DNA of 54,987 nucleotides, the filler included, from Squatina squatina (Eukaryota): NCBI GenBank assembly GCA_031763465.1. It is 4 parts of 3 records of this genome, joined end to end, with 100 filler letters (N's around TTAATTAATTAA, not from the genome) between each part and the next. Parts side by side here need not be neighbours in the genome. Positions count along the whole stretch, not along the records: positions 1 to 13,935 come from JARFOE010000203.1; positions 14,036 to 27,372 come from JARFOE010000176.1; 2 more parts are not named here. One strand, given 5' to 3'. A program made the translations under genes and the position numbers. A model generated the notes under the pieces. That model worked only from the letters and a program-made list of their open reading frames with translations, had not been told where the DNA came from and searched no databases. Positions 11,651-24,882 of this stretch are shown one piece after another. The stretch's first letter is position 1. Every line of letters starts with the position of its first letter.

Positions 11651-13935
11651 NNNNNNNNNNNNNNNNNNNNNNNNNNNNNNNNNNNNNNNNNNNNNNNNNN
11701 NNNNNNNNNNNNNNNNNNNNNNNNNNNNNNNNNNNNNNNNNNNNNNNNNNTTTTGTTTTAATCAGTGAGCATTCCTCCTCCACAAAATAATGATTAAGGA
11801 TTTTCTAAAAATGTTAAGGTGCTTTCTTAAGGGTAAAAAGGTCAGTATTCCTCCCTTCACCACCACATTCCTCCTGCATATACAAATGTTAAGCCTCTAA
11901 AACCTACATACACGGATGATAATGCAGATATTTATGAATGATCCTTTACTGCAGGTCTGACCAAACATTTAAAACTCAAGCACCAGAAAAATAAATTGGA
12001 TCCTCCTGAGAAATTAGTACAGTTTTAAATGCAATATACTGCATGCTCATTGATATTCACACCATAAGATATCTTATAATTCCTTTGAAACTGTTGCTGT
12101 TATCAGTGTTAAGAGCAAGCCTCCAACATAACTGCAGGACATTTTAGGAAAGAAAACAATGAGCAGTGGTCATCCATTTCTAAAGAAATTTGCACACTAA
12201 ATCAGTAATCCTTATGTATGGTTGTGTTTTTTCTCCTCTGTCTAAGTTATTTAAGTTAAACAAAATATACAAAGCAGTTTTCTTAGGTCACAACTCCAAA
12301 GACATTTTGAAACCTAAAAGGGCAATGTTACTTTTGCAATGCTTTGTTTCCAACTATTTTGAGTTCCAATTTGTAATCATGCTTCTATCCTCATTCTCTC
12401 CTCTTTCATCCTCCTGAACCTAGCACACAAATACACATCACTGAGGCACTGTATTTGTATGTTTTTTTAGATCATATATAAACACAAGATTACTAGATTA
12501 TTTACAAAAGTATTTTGTATTATTCAGGATTTTTTTTTTAAGTGCATCAATGCTGGATGCAAGCACTATTATTGGCCTTAATGTGTATCCACGCTAATGG
12601 TAGAGATTATTTGAGGCTTTACTGAGGTTATCCCTGTATTGTAACTTCCATGTGAAGAATGCTGCTGAAGATTGTAAAGGGTTCGCTGCAAACAACAGTG
12701 GACAAAAAACTGGGTGGCTATTTGCTGATGGTTGATATCTGAACCTGCTCGTCAAATTTGGCCACCGTTTTTCATTTGATTTGCTACATGATTGCGTTGT
12801 CATTCTGAACAGAAGCATTGATTCGGGACAGCGTTACCTATTGTACAACTCTGGCAAAACCTATTCCGAAAAGCTCATGGCCTTCTGGTGATGAACCGCA
12901 AGAAAAGAAAGATCATTGTAGTCAAAAAGCTCAGGGTGTGCTTCCCTTATTTCGGTAACTTTATCTTCAGTGTCTNNNNNNNNNNTCCCCAACACTCTCC
13001 TGTCTTTCTCTGCTCCCCCACCCTCTCCTTTGAAACCTTCTCAAATTCAGTTTTTGCCAAATGAATGATTGCATTCTTTGACTCCACACCTACTTTATTA
13101 ATCCCGACTCCACTCAGTAATCTCTCTGGAATGTGCCAGCAGGCATTTTCCAACATACTGTGTGTGTATAAACAGCTATTACAGTGTCTGTGTGTGCCTC
13201 CGGATCATTTCAGGACAAGGTTTGTTTTGAGCGCTGGAGGAGACTTGCACTGAATATTATTGTTTCAAAATGTAGACAGCAAAGTGAAAGCCAAAGAGCC
13301 CATCGATCGATGTGCTGTTCCTGTCGTGTGTCTCTTTTCTTCCCTTCCTCTGAAGGTTCTAGACGTGAGGTGGCTAAGGACTTGGTTGGTATGTTCGTTT
13401 CTTATCGGTGTGAAATGTGTTTTTATTCCGCGCCCTGTGGGCTCCCAGTATCTGGCACAATGATTTTAATGAGCATTGCTGGCAAAGTCTAGTGGCGTGT
13501 TAAGTCATGGTTTCTTGAATTCGAGGGGCACGTGATCTCCGCAGACTTTTGAGTGTTGTGCTCCTGTAGATGAGAGTATCTCAAAGTGTCCTTAGAATGT
13601 ATGCACTGATTTTGTGTTGTTTGGCTATTTCCGTGATTGGATCCCTGAGGATTTTTTTTTACTCCACTTGTATCCGTTTTTCATGGACTTTGGAGTCGTT
13701 AGCAATATCCTTAGAATAAACGACAAACGCACAAGAAGGGAACTGTTGCCAAACCATTGCAAATGTTAAGCTTTGCATGGAAAAAATAATATCCCTGGGG
13801 AACTCCGCACATATTCTCAAGTAAGCTGGGGTATTAGTGAATGCGGGAAATAATGTTCCCTGGATTTGTGCAAAGCTTGCTTCTAATATATTCATAGTGT
13901 GAGGCCTGGAATTTCCTCGATCCCGTTTACGCCGG

Positions 13936-14035
13936 NNNNNNNNNNNNNNNNNNNNNNNNNNNNNNNNNNNNNNNNNNNNTTAATTAATTAANNNNNNNNN
14001 NNNNNNNNNNNNNNNNNNNNNNNNNNNNNNNNNNN
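13936..14035. other. Artificial scaffold linker N44-TTAATTAATTAA-N44
   Basis: Palindromic six-frame stop 12-mer at 13980-13991 centred in exactly 100 nt. Confidence 0.97.
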
Positions 14036-17000
14036 TCTCCCTAATGATTGCGTGGCCTTTAGAAGCTTTGCCTCAGTGGAATTTAAATGGTATAAACTTG
14101 TTGCAGATGGAGGCTGGACACTGAAAATGTCACAGTCCTGTAGCGCTTTATCTAAATTCCGCCTTCCTTCATTCCTCCTCCGCAGGAGCCATTTTACTGC
14201 CCCGTGGGGTATGGGTGTCTGCTTCCTTTACGAGAACGATTACAGCTGCGTTTCCCTTTTGCTGCGATCTATTTTACTGAGTTAAGACCAATTACGCACA
14301 TTCAGAATCCACCAACCAGTGATCCCTACAGGCTCATTCAAACTGGACCTTTAGTTAATTGGTTAACACAATAAGGCTCTAACGATTAGTAAATAAATAA
14401 GTACTGATACAATAACACTGCTGAAAATTTGCGGCCCATACACAGCATGTTTATTCTCTCCCTACCACCACTTCCATTTGTGTCACACACCCTTCGCTGT
14501 TGGAGGGGCTGGCACGGAAGCCCATTCGTGAGGTTGTGCAAATGGTGCCGTTGGATAGCGGCTGGGTGGTGCTTGAAGGTGTTAACTTCTCCCTATCTTG
14601 TGCGGACGAGGCTGAATTTGAAATTCGCTACACAGAGAGTCACGGTGGGGAATCTGCTGATTCTACCACTCCGTGGCACAGGCAGTTAGCACGTAAGTGC
14701 CACATTTCACCAGACTGCTGGTTAGTTTTCATACAGGCCAACAAAGGCCCGGCATGGATCCAGTTAAAATAACTCAAACAAGATGGAGCACCAGCACACA
14801 GCTCTTGGGCGTAGGAAGGAAATGGAAAAAATATTTTCAAATCAACAAATGGAGGCCTTTCTTGGGATTAACTCTGTCACATGCTGCAGTAGCATTTCTT
14901 CACCAAAGGCGAACAACATAAGAAAGATTTACAGTAAAATAGAATGTTAGCAGCTAAGAAGCGCCCTGTACATTTCCATAATCTACTTTAGGACATTCCA
15001 CTTTAGAGATTTGCAAAGAAATTTGTTTTCAGTTTTTAATATGCATTCTTAAAACGACTTATCGGCTCTCTCCGATGACTCACGGTGATTAATTTGAATT
15101 TGTTTATTTGGGAAGGGTGACGGGTTTTATTGGGTTTACTGTTGGGAAAAAGCAATTTAAAAGAGCAATTCCTTTGACGAGGCAGAGGGTTTGGAATCCC
15201 ACATNNNNNNNNNNNNNNNNNNNNNNNNNNNNNNNNNNNNNNNNNNNNNNNNNNNNNNNNNNNNNNNNNNNNNNNNNNNNNNNNNNNNNNNNNNNNNNNN
15301 NNNNNNNNNNNNNNNNNNNNNNNNNNNNNNNNNNNNNNNNNNNNNNNNNNNNNNNNNNNNNNNNNNNNNNNNNNNNNNNNNNNNNNNNNNNNNNNNNNNN
15401 NNNNNNNNNNNNNNNNNNNNNNNNNNNNNNNNNNNNNNNNNNNNNNNNNNNNNNNNNNNNNNNNNNNNNNNNNNNNNNNNNNNNNNNNNNNNNNNNNNNN
15501 NNNNNNNNNNNNNNNNNNNNNNNNNNNNNNNNNNNNNNNNNNNNNNNNNNNNNNNNNNNNNNNNNNNNNNNNNNNNNNNNNNNNNNNNNNNNNNNNNNNN
15601 NNNNNNNNNNNNNNNNNNNNNNNNNNNNNNNNNNNNNNNNNNNNNNNNNNNNNNNNNNNNNNNNNNNNNNNNNNNNNNNNNNNNNNNNNNNNNNNNNNNN
15701 NNNNNNNNNNNNNNNNNNNNNNNNNNNNNNNNNNNNNNNNNNNNNNNNNNNNNNNNNNNNNNNNNNNNNNNNNNNNNNNNNNNNNNNNNNNNNNNNNNNN
15801 NNNNNNNNNNNNNNNNNNNNNNNNNNNNNNNNNNNNNNNNNNATCTGGGTCTGTACCTTTCAGGGGGTCAGAAGACTGAGCATAGCTCTTCTCTCACATA
15901 AACCTGTCAGTCCACATATATACAAGTCTGCAATAAGCAAAGATCCGTGACAAGCATGTTTTAAAAAATACCAGTTTCTTCCTGAGCGTGTACTGAGGTG
16001 GAGTCCCTCTGCTCCGCATCTGGGCATATCTGATTTTATTGAATATATTCTGACAGAAGGCCTCAAACATGCACCCATCTTAAGGACAAATTAACTATTA
16101 TCTTCCATTCTTGAGTTTTCATTTAAGAGCTGCTCACAATTTAGGCCCAGAAGGCTGTTTTAGTATAAATAATCCTCCATCAGTATTTAACAGTGATGAG
16201 TGGGAGGGAAGAGGAGCCCAGTAATTGCAAATGAGAGTTATGGAGTAACAAGGATTGAAGTTCTTGTCGTAGTTGACTTCATGGATTCACATCTATAAAT
16301 TGTTGCTGTCCTGATTCTGAATCACGGGAAAATGAACTAGCAATAATGCAACTGAACTTAGAATGTTCTAATTATGGAGCGAGGGCTGTAGGATTTGGCA
16401 AACAGGGTGCTCTTTGAAGGGGAAAATGCTGATGAAATTTAGTACCTAGTATATGTAAACTAGGAGCAATTTTCATGTTTTTCCCAAATTTTTATTTAGG
16501 GCCAGAATTCCTGCCTCTCTTATCTCTCATACTTTATAATGCGCTCACTTCTTCTCTCATTCTGTCTGCCTTCCTGTCTCTCTCTCTCTCTCTCTTTCTC
16601 TACAGGTTAAGTGCAAATAAAATAAATGTAATCAATTTACAGTGAGAACCTTGTTACAACAAACCTCTCATTATAACATCCTGTTTCCACGGTCCTAGCT
16701 GAAACTCCATTATAACTGGGAGGGCATCTCAAACCAATCCCACCTCCCAGAATAAACTGCTTTTCGCAGTCCTCGTAAATTTATAATAATGAGATTAGAC
16801 TGTAAGTTGCAATAAAAGGGGGGAAATATCATCACCCAATGCACTGCAAATTTGAAGAATTCAGTCAGAAAGCGTAAGAAGTGAGTTGGTTTCATAGCAC
16901 CCAGAGTTCAGACATTGATAATTATTTCTTCAGGAAAGCCAAACTGGCGGGAACAAGGAGCCATCCCCTTTATCATTGTTGCACAGTAGATTGATGTTCC

Positions 17001-19344
17001 TTCCATACCTTAAATGCTCACCGCAAAATCTCAAACAATTTCACAGAGGTCAGAAGAACTTACTTGAGCCACGTCAATAGACTCAGGAAAATATGATTTG
17101 TGAGCATTTAAACCAAGCAGAGGAGTTTTAATCCATTTAACAAGGGCAGAGGCAATGAACAGCGTCTGGTTTATACAATGAATTCTAACCAGAATTCGGT
17201 CCGATTCCAACCAGCCGTACCGAAATTTAAGCTTAAATGGACTACATTCTAAAGACCTGTGTAGTCTCTGCTTTCCGTCTGTGTTCTTCATTCAAAAAAA
17301 TGTAATCACTGTGTAATATGATTATAAGTAAAAATACAATAATGTGATTTAAAAGCAAGAAATTTTTGATATCATCATACATGCCAATAGCACTTACTAG
17401 GGCTCCATCATTTCAGAGCTATGTTTGTGTTTAACCCAATCCATTACTACAAATTTAGTATGCATTGAATATGTTTCTTCTATTATCTCAGCGTAATTAT
17501 GACAAGGTTTGTCATAATTTGTCAGCAAACCAGCTGCAAGGAACATGATTCCTCNNNNNNNNNNNNNNNNNNNNNNNNNNNNNNNNNNNNNNNNNNNNNN
17601 NNNNNNNNNNNNNNNNNNNNNNNNNNNNNNNNNNNNNNNNNNNNNNNNNNNNNNTGTAATCATTCAGTTGGTGAATGAAGTGAACAAGAATAAGAATTTT
17701 CAACAAAAATATTTTGATATTTTTTCAACAGACAAAAGCAGCATTGAGCGCTAACTACCAAGGATAACAGATTGATAACATGAGAACTCAACAGTGTGGC
17801 AAAGGTGTCTGTGCAACCAGGACTAGTCAAGGAAAGAGTTAAAAAAAGGCATAAAAAAGGCAAAACTGTTTCGGGCAGAAATATTTTCAGACGGATTTCC
17901 CTTCTATAAACTCTGCTGTTGACTCCAGCCATGTTTGAAGAGACAAAGGTAGTTTCTTTACATATATTAAAGCCACCCATCAGACACGTACACGTCTCAT
18001 TTGGCTCAAATGAACTGCTGCCTTCACTGACATGCAAAAATGAACCCTTCAATCTTATTTATTATAATCAATACATCGTGATAAAGAATTTTTTGAGCAA
18101 AAGATTTGCCCCTCCAAAAAAAAACAACACTATTGTGAACTAAATTTAGCAACAAGTGCAATTTTATTTGTACAGAAACCCACATCCCTTTAAAGTGAGT
18201 CACAGGCAAATTTACAGCCAACAGCCGACTGCTTTTAAATGAACATTCCTCAGAGGTAACTTGTTCATAGACACAGTANNNNNNNNNNNNNNNNNNNNNN
18301 NNNNNNNNNNNNNNNNNNNNNNNNNNNNNNNNNNNNNNNNNNNNNNNNNNNNNNNNNNNNNNNNNNNNNNNNNNNNNNNNNNNNNNNNNNNNNNNNNNNN
18401 NNNNNNNNNNNNNNNNNNNNNNNNNNNNNNNNNNNNNNNNNNNNNNNNNNNNNNNNNNNNNNNNNNNNNNNNNNNNNNNNNNNNNNNNNCTGAAAAAAAA
18501 AAGAATGACTTCGTTTTAAAAAGGACAGCCTCCTGAAACTCCTCCCTCCTCCCTTTTAGGGCAGGGACTTAGTTAGTGGCTAGAAAGAATAAACCTTCTC
18601 AGATCATTCATGTTTTTTAAAAAAAAACAGAACTCCACCCTGGTGTGACTCAACTGGGGGATAAAGAATGAGAAGGGAAGGGGTGGCATAGTGAAAGTGG
18701 AGAATTAATTGCTGTCAATAAATAGTTTCTCTGAGACAGAATCACAACAGAGTCTGCAAACTCCCACCTTGCTCTTGAACTGGGTTACTGATCTGTGAAG
18801 TACACCAGGCTATGTAACTTTCACCTGCTGTGTGCATGTTTAGGGAATTCTTATCGATGATAATGCTTATGAGTCAGCCAGAGGAACCCCACCCAGTGTG
18901 GGCGGCTAGAACTGTCAGTCAAGCCTTAGATGCCAACAATAAACAGACAATGTCTATCTTTTGATGACCTATATAGACAAGGATTTTTTTTCTTCAGATT
19001 TTTTCTTTAAATTGAACTTTCATAACATTTTATATTAAATAGTTCAGCGTGCTGTAAAGTTTAATTCAACATCATCAATCTTACTTTGACACTTAAAACA
19101 GCTAGACAAACCTAATGGTTATTTACATGCCTATAAATAAGTACAAAGCAGCACAATCTTTTCATTGATTTATACCTGCGTTTAGTTTTGGGTGACATAT
19201 TTCAGACTATACTGCTCCTCTCTCCCTCGTCTTGATCTGCCCTTCTCAAGAAGAAACTTCTCNNNNNNNNNNNNNNNNNNNNNNNNNNNNNNNNNNNNNN
19301 NNNNNNNNNNNNNNNNNNNNNNNNNNNNNNNNNNNNNNNNNNNN

Positions 19345-19965
19345 TGTTACACCCTTGCTCAAGAAAGGGGAGTGGGATCAACCCAGCAACTACAGGCCAG
19401 TCAGCCTAACGTCGGTGGCGTGGCAACTTTAAGAGACAGTTATCCGGGATGAAATTAATTGACATTTAGAAAATGATGGGCTAATATCTGAAAGTCTGCA
19501 CGGATTTGTTAAAGGTAAATCTTGTTTGACTAACTTGATTGAGTTCTTTGAAGAAGTTAACGGCGAGGCCATTTGAGGGGAGTGCGGTTGATTTGCATTT
19601 GGACTTTCAAAGGTGTTTGATAAAGTACCACATCACAGACTTGTTTGCAAAATTGAAGTCCATGTGATCGAAGTGACAGGGGCAGCCTGGATACGAAACT
19701 GGGTAAGGGACAGAAAGCGGAGAGTGTTGACGAGCAGTTGTTTCTCAGACAGGAGGGAAGGACACGGTGGTGTCCCCACTGCTCTTTTTGATATATATTA
19801 TTGAACTGGACTTGGGCATCATTTCAAAGTTGCAGATGACATGACACTTAGAAATGGTATAAACCGTGAGAGCATAGTAACAGACATCAGGAGGGCATAG
19901 ACCGACTGGTGAAATGGGAGACACACGGCAGAAGACATGCAACCAGACAAGGGTGATACATTTGT
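19345..19965 (+). mobile_element. Degenerate CR1 LINE reverse transcriptase
   Basis: VTPLLKKG..PSNYRPVSLTS, HGFVKGKSCLTNLIEFFEEV, FDKVPHHRL, WIRNWVRDRKRRV and SKVADD, with frameshifts and stops. Confidence 0.92.
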
Positions 19966-20999
19966 NNNNNNNNNNNNNNNNNNNNNNNNNNNNNNNNNNN
20001 NNNNNNNNNNNNNNNNNNNNNNNNNNNNNNNNNNNNNNNNNNNNNNNNNNNNNNNNNNNNNNNNNAGACATAAATGATGACCACTTGGTGGAGAGTAACC
20101 AGAACATGCAGAGTTGCACTGTAGCAAGGAGTTAACACTTTCAGGGAAGGGAGCAGTAAGAAAATTGGCAGAGAAAATTGGTGAGATAAAATCTGCTTGT
20201 ATTAAACATTTTGGGTGGAACTTTCCAACACACTGCGCCATTGATGGTGCCTCACACGCAGCAAACGGCTGATTGGAAAATTGCGCTGGCCACGATATTC
20301 CAGTAAGTCGCTTGCTGGCAATACCACCCCTATATTTAATTTATCCAATGCTACTAACATTGCAACGCAGTAGTATAATTTAATATTTAGATTCTCCTCA
20401 AATTACAGTACACAAAGTATAAAAGCTGACACACTGTTATAATAATCATATGTCTCACATGCATATCATATGAGAGATGTGCCATATTTACATGGCCATT
20501 CCATCTAGCTGAGCTACTAAACAAATGAATTCTTTATCCTATGTATCCTATTCTCAAAAGTTGCCTCCTCTGCTATGTTGGGCATTCATTTTAATTGTTT
20601 TTTACAGTGTTCATAATCAGATCAAACATGAACTGCACAGTATTAGACACAAGTAAATAGTCAACTTTAACTCAATATGCATCTACATGAACAGAAGTTG
20701 CCACTAAAATATACACTGAGCCATAAACAAATTAGTATGAATGAATATCTCAGCCTTTTGTCCCGACTATTTGCATTTCAATTCACACCTCTCCCTGCTT
20801 AGTCTTAAGCATTTGGAGGAACCTGTGGAACGTCCAATTGCCAACCACTGAATGCCACAGCATAAGGTTTCAAAGCCCTTCAGGCTTCCAATGCATTGGG
20901 GATTACTCTCGCAATGCGCAAAACAAGTCATCAATGCATCAGTCAACGCCCAACCAATGCACAGTATGGTTCACTGCCCAGATCATTGGACACATGTCT

Positions 21000-21107
21000 T
21001 TTTTTATTCGTGGCAGGGATGTGAGGATCGCTGGCAAGGCAAGCATTTATTGCCCATCCCTAATTGCCCTTGAGAAGGTTGTGGTGAGCCACATTCTTGA
21101 GCCGCTG
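21000..21107 (-). mobile_element. Shark LINE 3' end
   Basis: TTTTTATTC...GCATTTATTGCCCATCCCTAATTGCCCTTGAGAAGG, recalled as a common shark LINE terminus; a related tail is on the SINE at 40483. Confidence 0.6.
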
Positions 21108-21913
21108 NNNNNNNNNNNNNNNNNNNNNNNNNNNNNNNNNNNNNNNNNNNNNNNNNNNNNNNNNNNNNNNNNNNNNNNNNNNNNNNNNNNNNNNNNNNNN
21201 NNNNNNNTTTAGCTTGAGATCATGATCAGTCCTGGATCCTCCAATGGACCCCACTCCCGCCATTCGGTTCCCACACCTGGTCTACTCAGCATACTGGCCC
21301 GCCAATGCTCTGCCAGATTGGGGACATGGAAGTTCCCAGCCTGGGTGTGACTGCTCCCAGCTTTGCCCCTTCCTACGGTGCTGGAGCCTCCACAGATTGA
21401 AATGTTTAAAGACTGTATCTGTTCGAGAACCATGCACAGTACCATTTCATTTTGTGGAAACTTAGGTACTTTGCAGCTTCAGACCCTTCGGAGTCAGGTC
21501 GATTCACAACATGCACTGCCCAAAAAGATCTTGGAGGACCAAAAGGTGACAAGACCGGATACTTGGGGCCGTNNNNNNNNNNTTCTTCACATATGATCTG
21601 TTGTATCTGGCTAACAGTGCTTCAGCAGGTTTCATCTGTATCGTGCAAAGCCAGGCAGCCGTGACCTTAGGAAATAACCTAATTGATTTTCATTTCCTGT
21701 TAAGTGTGATATATAGACATACACAAAGACCAAGGGATGACAGGTCCTCTTAGACTAACTGGTAGATATTGTGGTAACCCTGACCTAGGGCATACTGACT
21801 AGCTTTTATATATNNNNNNNNNNNNNNNNNNNNNNNNNNNNNNNNNNNNNNNNNNNNNNNNNNNNNNNNNNNNNNNNNNNNNNNNNNNNNNNNNNNNNNN
21901 NNNNNNNNNNNNN

Positions 21914-22066
21914 ATTATCACAGTGGCAGTCGCTCAGTATTATCACAGTAGCAGTCGCTCAGTATTATCACAGTGGTAGTCGCTCAGTATTATCAGTGGC
22001 AGTCGCTCAGTATTATCACAGTGGCAGTCGCTCAGTATTATCACAGTGGCAGTCGCTCAGTATTAT
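21914..22066. repeat. 25-bp minisatellite
   Basis: (TATTATCACAGTGGCAGTCGCTCAG) x about 6, near-perfect, emerging from an N gap. Confidence 0.95.
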
Positions 22067-22628
22067 TAAAATGGCAAACACTCAGATTCACTACAAAGGA
22101 AAATGTATTTGTTAATGTGGATAAAGCAGTGCACTCAAGTTTCTTTATGAATCACTTTGGTCTCTGGCTGCCACTCCATTTTTACATCAATATCCACAGT
22201 TTTATTAGTGAGCGCAGTCTGGTGGATGAAAAATTTGCTATTGGACACTTCGCTGCAGCAGCTCTTTAAATTGCTGTAGCAGTGGTTGTAAGTCTTAGCT
22301 TCCAGTGGGTGAGCACTCAAGGGCAGCCTGGTGGGTGGTCAGCAGCTTACCATACATAATTAATCAGCGAACAAATCTCGTGATCCCATGGGAATGGCCA
22401 TACACAGTATGTCAGACAGCTATCTTGATGCATAGTGTACCCAAACAAGGAGCAATTTCTACCCTCATGTTATTGATCTCGTAAAATCACTTAAACATTC
22501 AATCAGACTGAATCCCCCAAGATCAGCTTTCTGTTGGGCTCAGTGCAGTTAATCCTGTCTGGGTTCCACTGTACATTCCATACCATATTACATATTGTAA
22601 AATATGTACTATTATTTTCCACTCTTAG

Positions 22629-22740
22629 AATTCATTCTATAACATCTTGCAGGGAAACTAAATGTACAGCAGGAATCCATGTAGAACATTGTGAGGAATA
22701 TGGCTCTGTGTTATCTGGACTGCAAACACATGTAATCTGA
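22629..22740 (+). CDS. Weak candidate terminal exon, unidentified
   Basis: Acceptor TTTTCCACTCTTAG|; IHSITSCRETKCTAGIHVEHCEEYGSVLSGLQTHVI*, followed by more than 1 kb of repeat-poor UTR-like sequence. Confidence 0.3.
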
Positions 22741-24214
22741 CCTGGAGAATGTTTATTTAACAGGAACTGACAGTTGAAAGCATTTCGTTGACAGAAATGA
22801 GCACAGTATGTATAGAATCCATTTATTTTCACTTTCTAGTCATTTAGTAGCAATAGTCACAAGCGAATGCTAACCTAAGTGGAGTCAGATGTACTCTTGG
22901 GAACCACAATGTGGAAAGGAAATGGCATACTTTTATAAAGAAATCCAGCTGTACAACTTGCCATTATGGAACATTTCATGTGACGGGCTAGACATGCTGC
23001 CTGCAAGAATTTTATATGTCGAATCAAACCCCATTTTTGGTTCAAGTAAACCATGCAGACTGAGAACATTCTAGCTGTTTGTTAAGTTCATTCAAAATAT
23101 GAATGATCCTGGGAGGGTCAAAGGTGAGGAATGTTAGAGCATCACGAATAGGGTTATACACCTGAATCTATTCATCACAACATACTCTCTGACTTTGAAC
23201 TTCCCTTTAGAAGCATTTCTGCCTTCATGTTATGATGCGAAAGAATGATTATTGAATGCCCAGACCCAGAAAATACATGAAGACACTTTTCTGGTATTCT
23301 ATTGCTATCTTCTGAGTGTCAGTATGAACCTTGGAAATGTTTGTCATTTTGTTCTTTAAAGGTACAGCTGAAAAGTTTTATATATTCTAAGCTGGATCAT
23401 TAGGCATAACCCCATCATTATATTGGACTGTTTAACCTTGATGTAAAAATGAGCGGAGATGAAAACTGTCATCACTTACAACTTCCTACTGCGATTGTAC
23501 CTTTTTCTAGCAACCAGTCGAGTCAATGCTACTAAGTGTGTGAATGTTTGGAAATGTATATTGTAGAAATGTATGCAAGGGTGTTGAGATATTTGTTGTA
23601 CTAAACAAGCATTTTAGAAACATTAATCAGTCAAGACCTCGAACTTGTACGTTATAAAAGATCAAAACCTTATTAGAGAGGAATAGGTATGTTAATTATA
23701 TTATACTCAACAGTCTAATATCTAGAAATTCAATACCATTAGATTGCATCAAGAACCTTGAATCTAACTGGCCAGACCATTTATACTAACTTGCAAAGGT
23801 AATCAGAATTTTTCAAAATATGGACCCAGCTAATCTGAGATGCATGGACTTTGAAATTCCACTGTGTGACTATCAGCAGACAAATGAGTAATTCTTATCC
23901 AATTTCTTGATCTGCTGTTTTATTCAAGCTGTTTGGAAATTGGGGCCTCTTCAGTTCTTAATTGGGACCTTAATTTAGTTCTTCACAAACTAAAGTACTC
24001 ACTGTTTGAACCTCATTGAGGATGTGAGTTTGAATGGGTAATTTTTTATTTCTTTGTACTTGGAGAGCTCTTACTTCCAGGGTGCAAAGTAGAGAGAGAA
24101 AAACGTGTTGACTCCTGTTACACTAAGGAAAGAGCACTTGCCCTCCAAGGAGGTGCAGACATGCAAATGAGATGAAAGGGGTATAACCGGCTTTCCTGCC
24201 TCAGTTTTTACCCC

Positions 24215-24867
24215 TGTTAGGGGTCTTTAAATGACAGACTCCAGATGGGTCACTTAAAAGTAAAGATGTACTTTATTTCCTGGTTACCAGGGGAGACCTG
24301 TACGTAAACTCCGCAGCTCGGCGTACGTCTCAAAGGATTCATCAAAGTTGTACAATTTTATACACAGAAATTGATCAATTACAATACTGGTGTGCCATAC
24401 CTAATCTATATTCATCCAATCACAACGTTTGTTCCATGATTAGTTCATCAATCACAGCCTCTACAAACAACACATTGTCACATCCTCACTAGTGCCAGGA
24501 AAGGAATGTATCTTATCAATAATTGCTACCCCTGTGACCTATCCAGCGCCGTGAGACATCTGGTTTCTATTATGTGGCCTTGTGGGCCTCAAGCTCCACA
24601 CCCCCTTGTCTGTGGGATGAGTTGAGCTCTCATCATTAGCTACAGAAACTTGTTATCACAGGAAAACAAAAGGCAGGCTGCGGTTCCCTGTTTTAATTAG
24701 TCTTTGTGGTATTTGGTCAAGCTAAGAAAGAGCTTCCCGTGATGCTTTGCTCGCTTGCTGGTACCCTTTTAGCAAGTGGCTAAGTACCTATGTCTGGGTG
24801 TGATAAATATAGATATAGTCATCACCCTTTTCCAATTCTATCTAACCCTACTCTATTCTTACCCACA
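24215..24867 (-). mobile_element. LTR-like element (solo LTR candidate, ~650 bp)
   Basis: Minus strand begins TG and ends CA, with CCAAT box (24416-24420), TATAAAA (24362-24356) and AATAAA (24277-24272) in U3-R-U5 order. No TSD visible. Confidence 0.6.
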
Positions 24868-24882
24868 TAATTTTACTCGATC

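Noticed and set aside
17031-17291. 86-aa minus-strand ORF with a GTAAGT donor at 17063
   Set aside because: Poor acceptor context and unrecognised peptide; insufficient support.
21914-22066. CRISPR-like array
   Set aside because: Head-to-tail repeats with no unique spacers, no cas genes, eukaryotic context.
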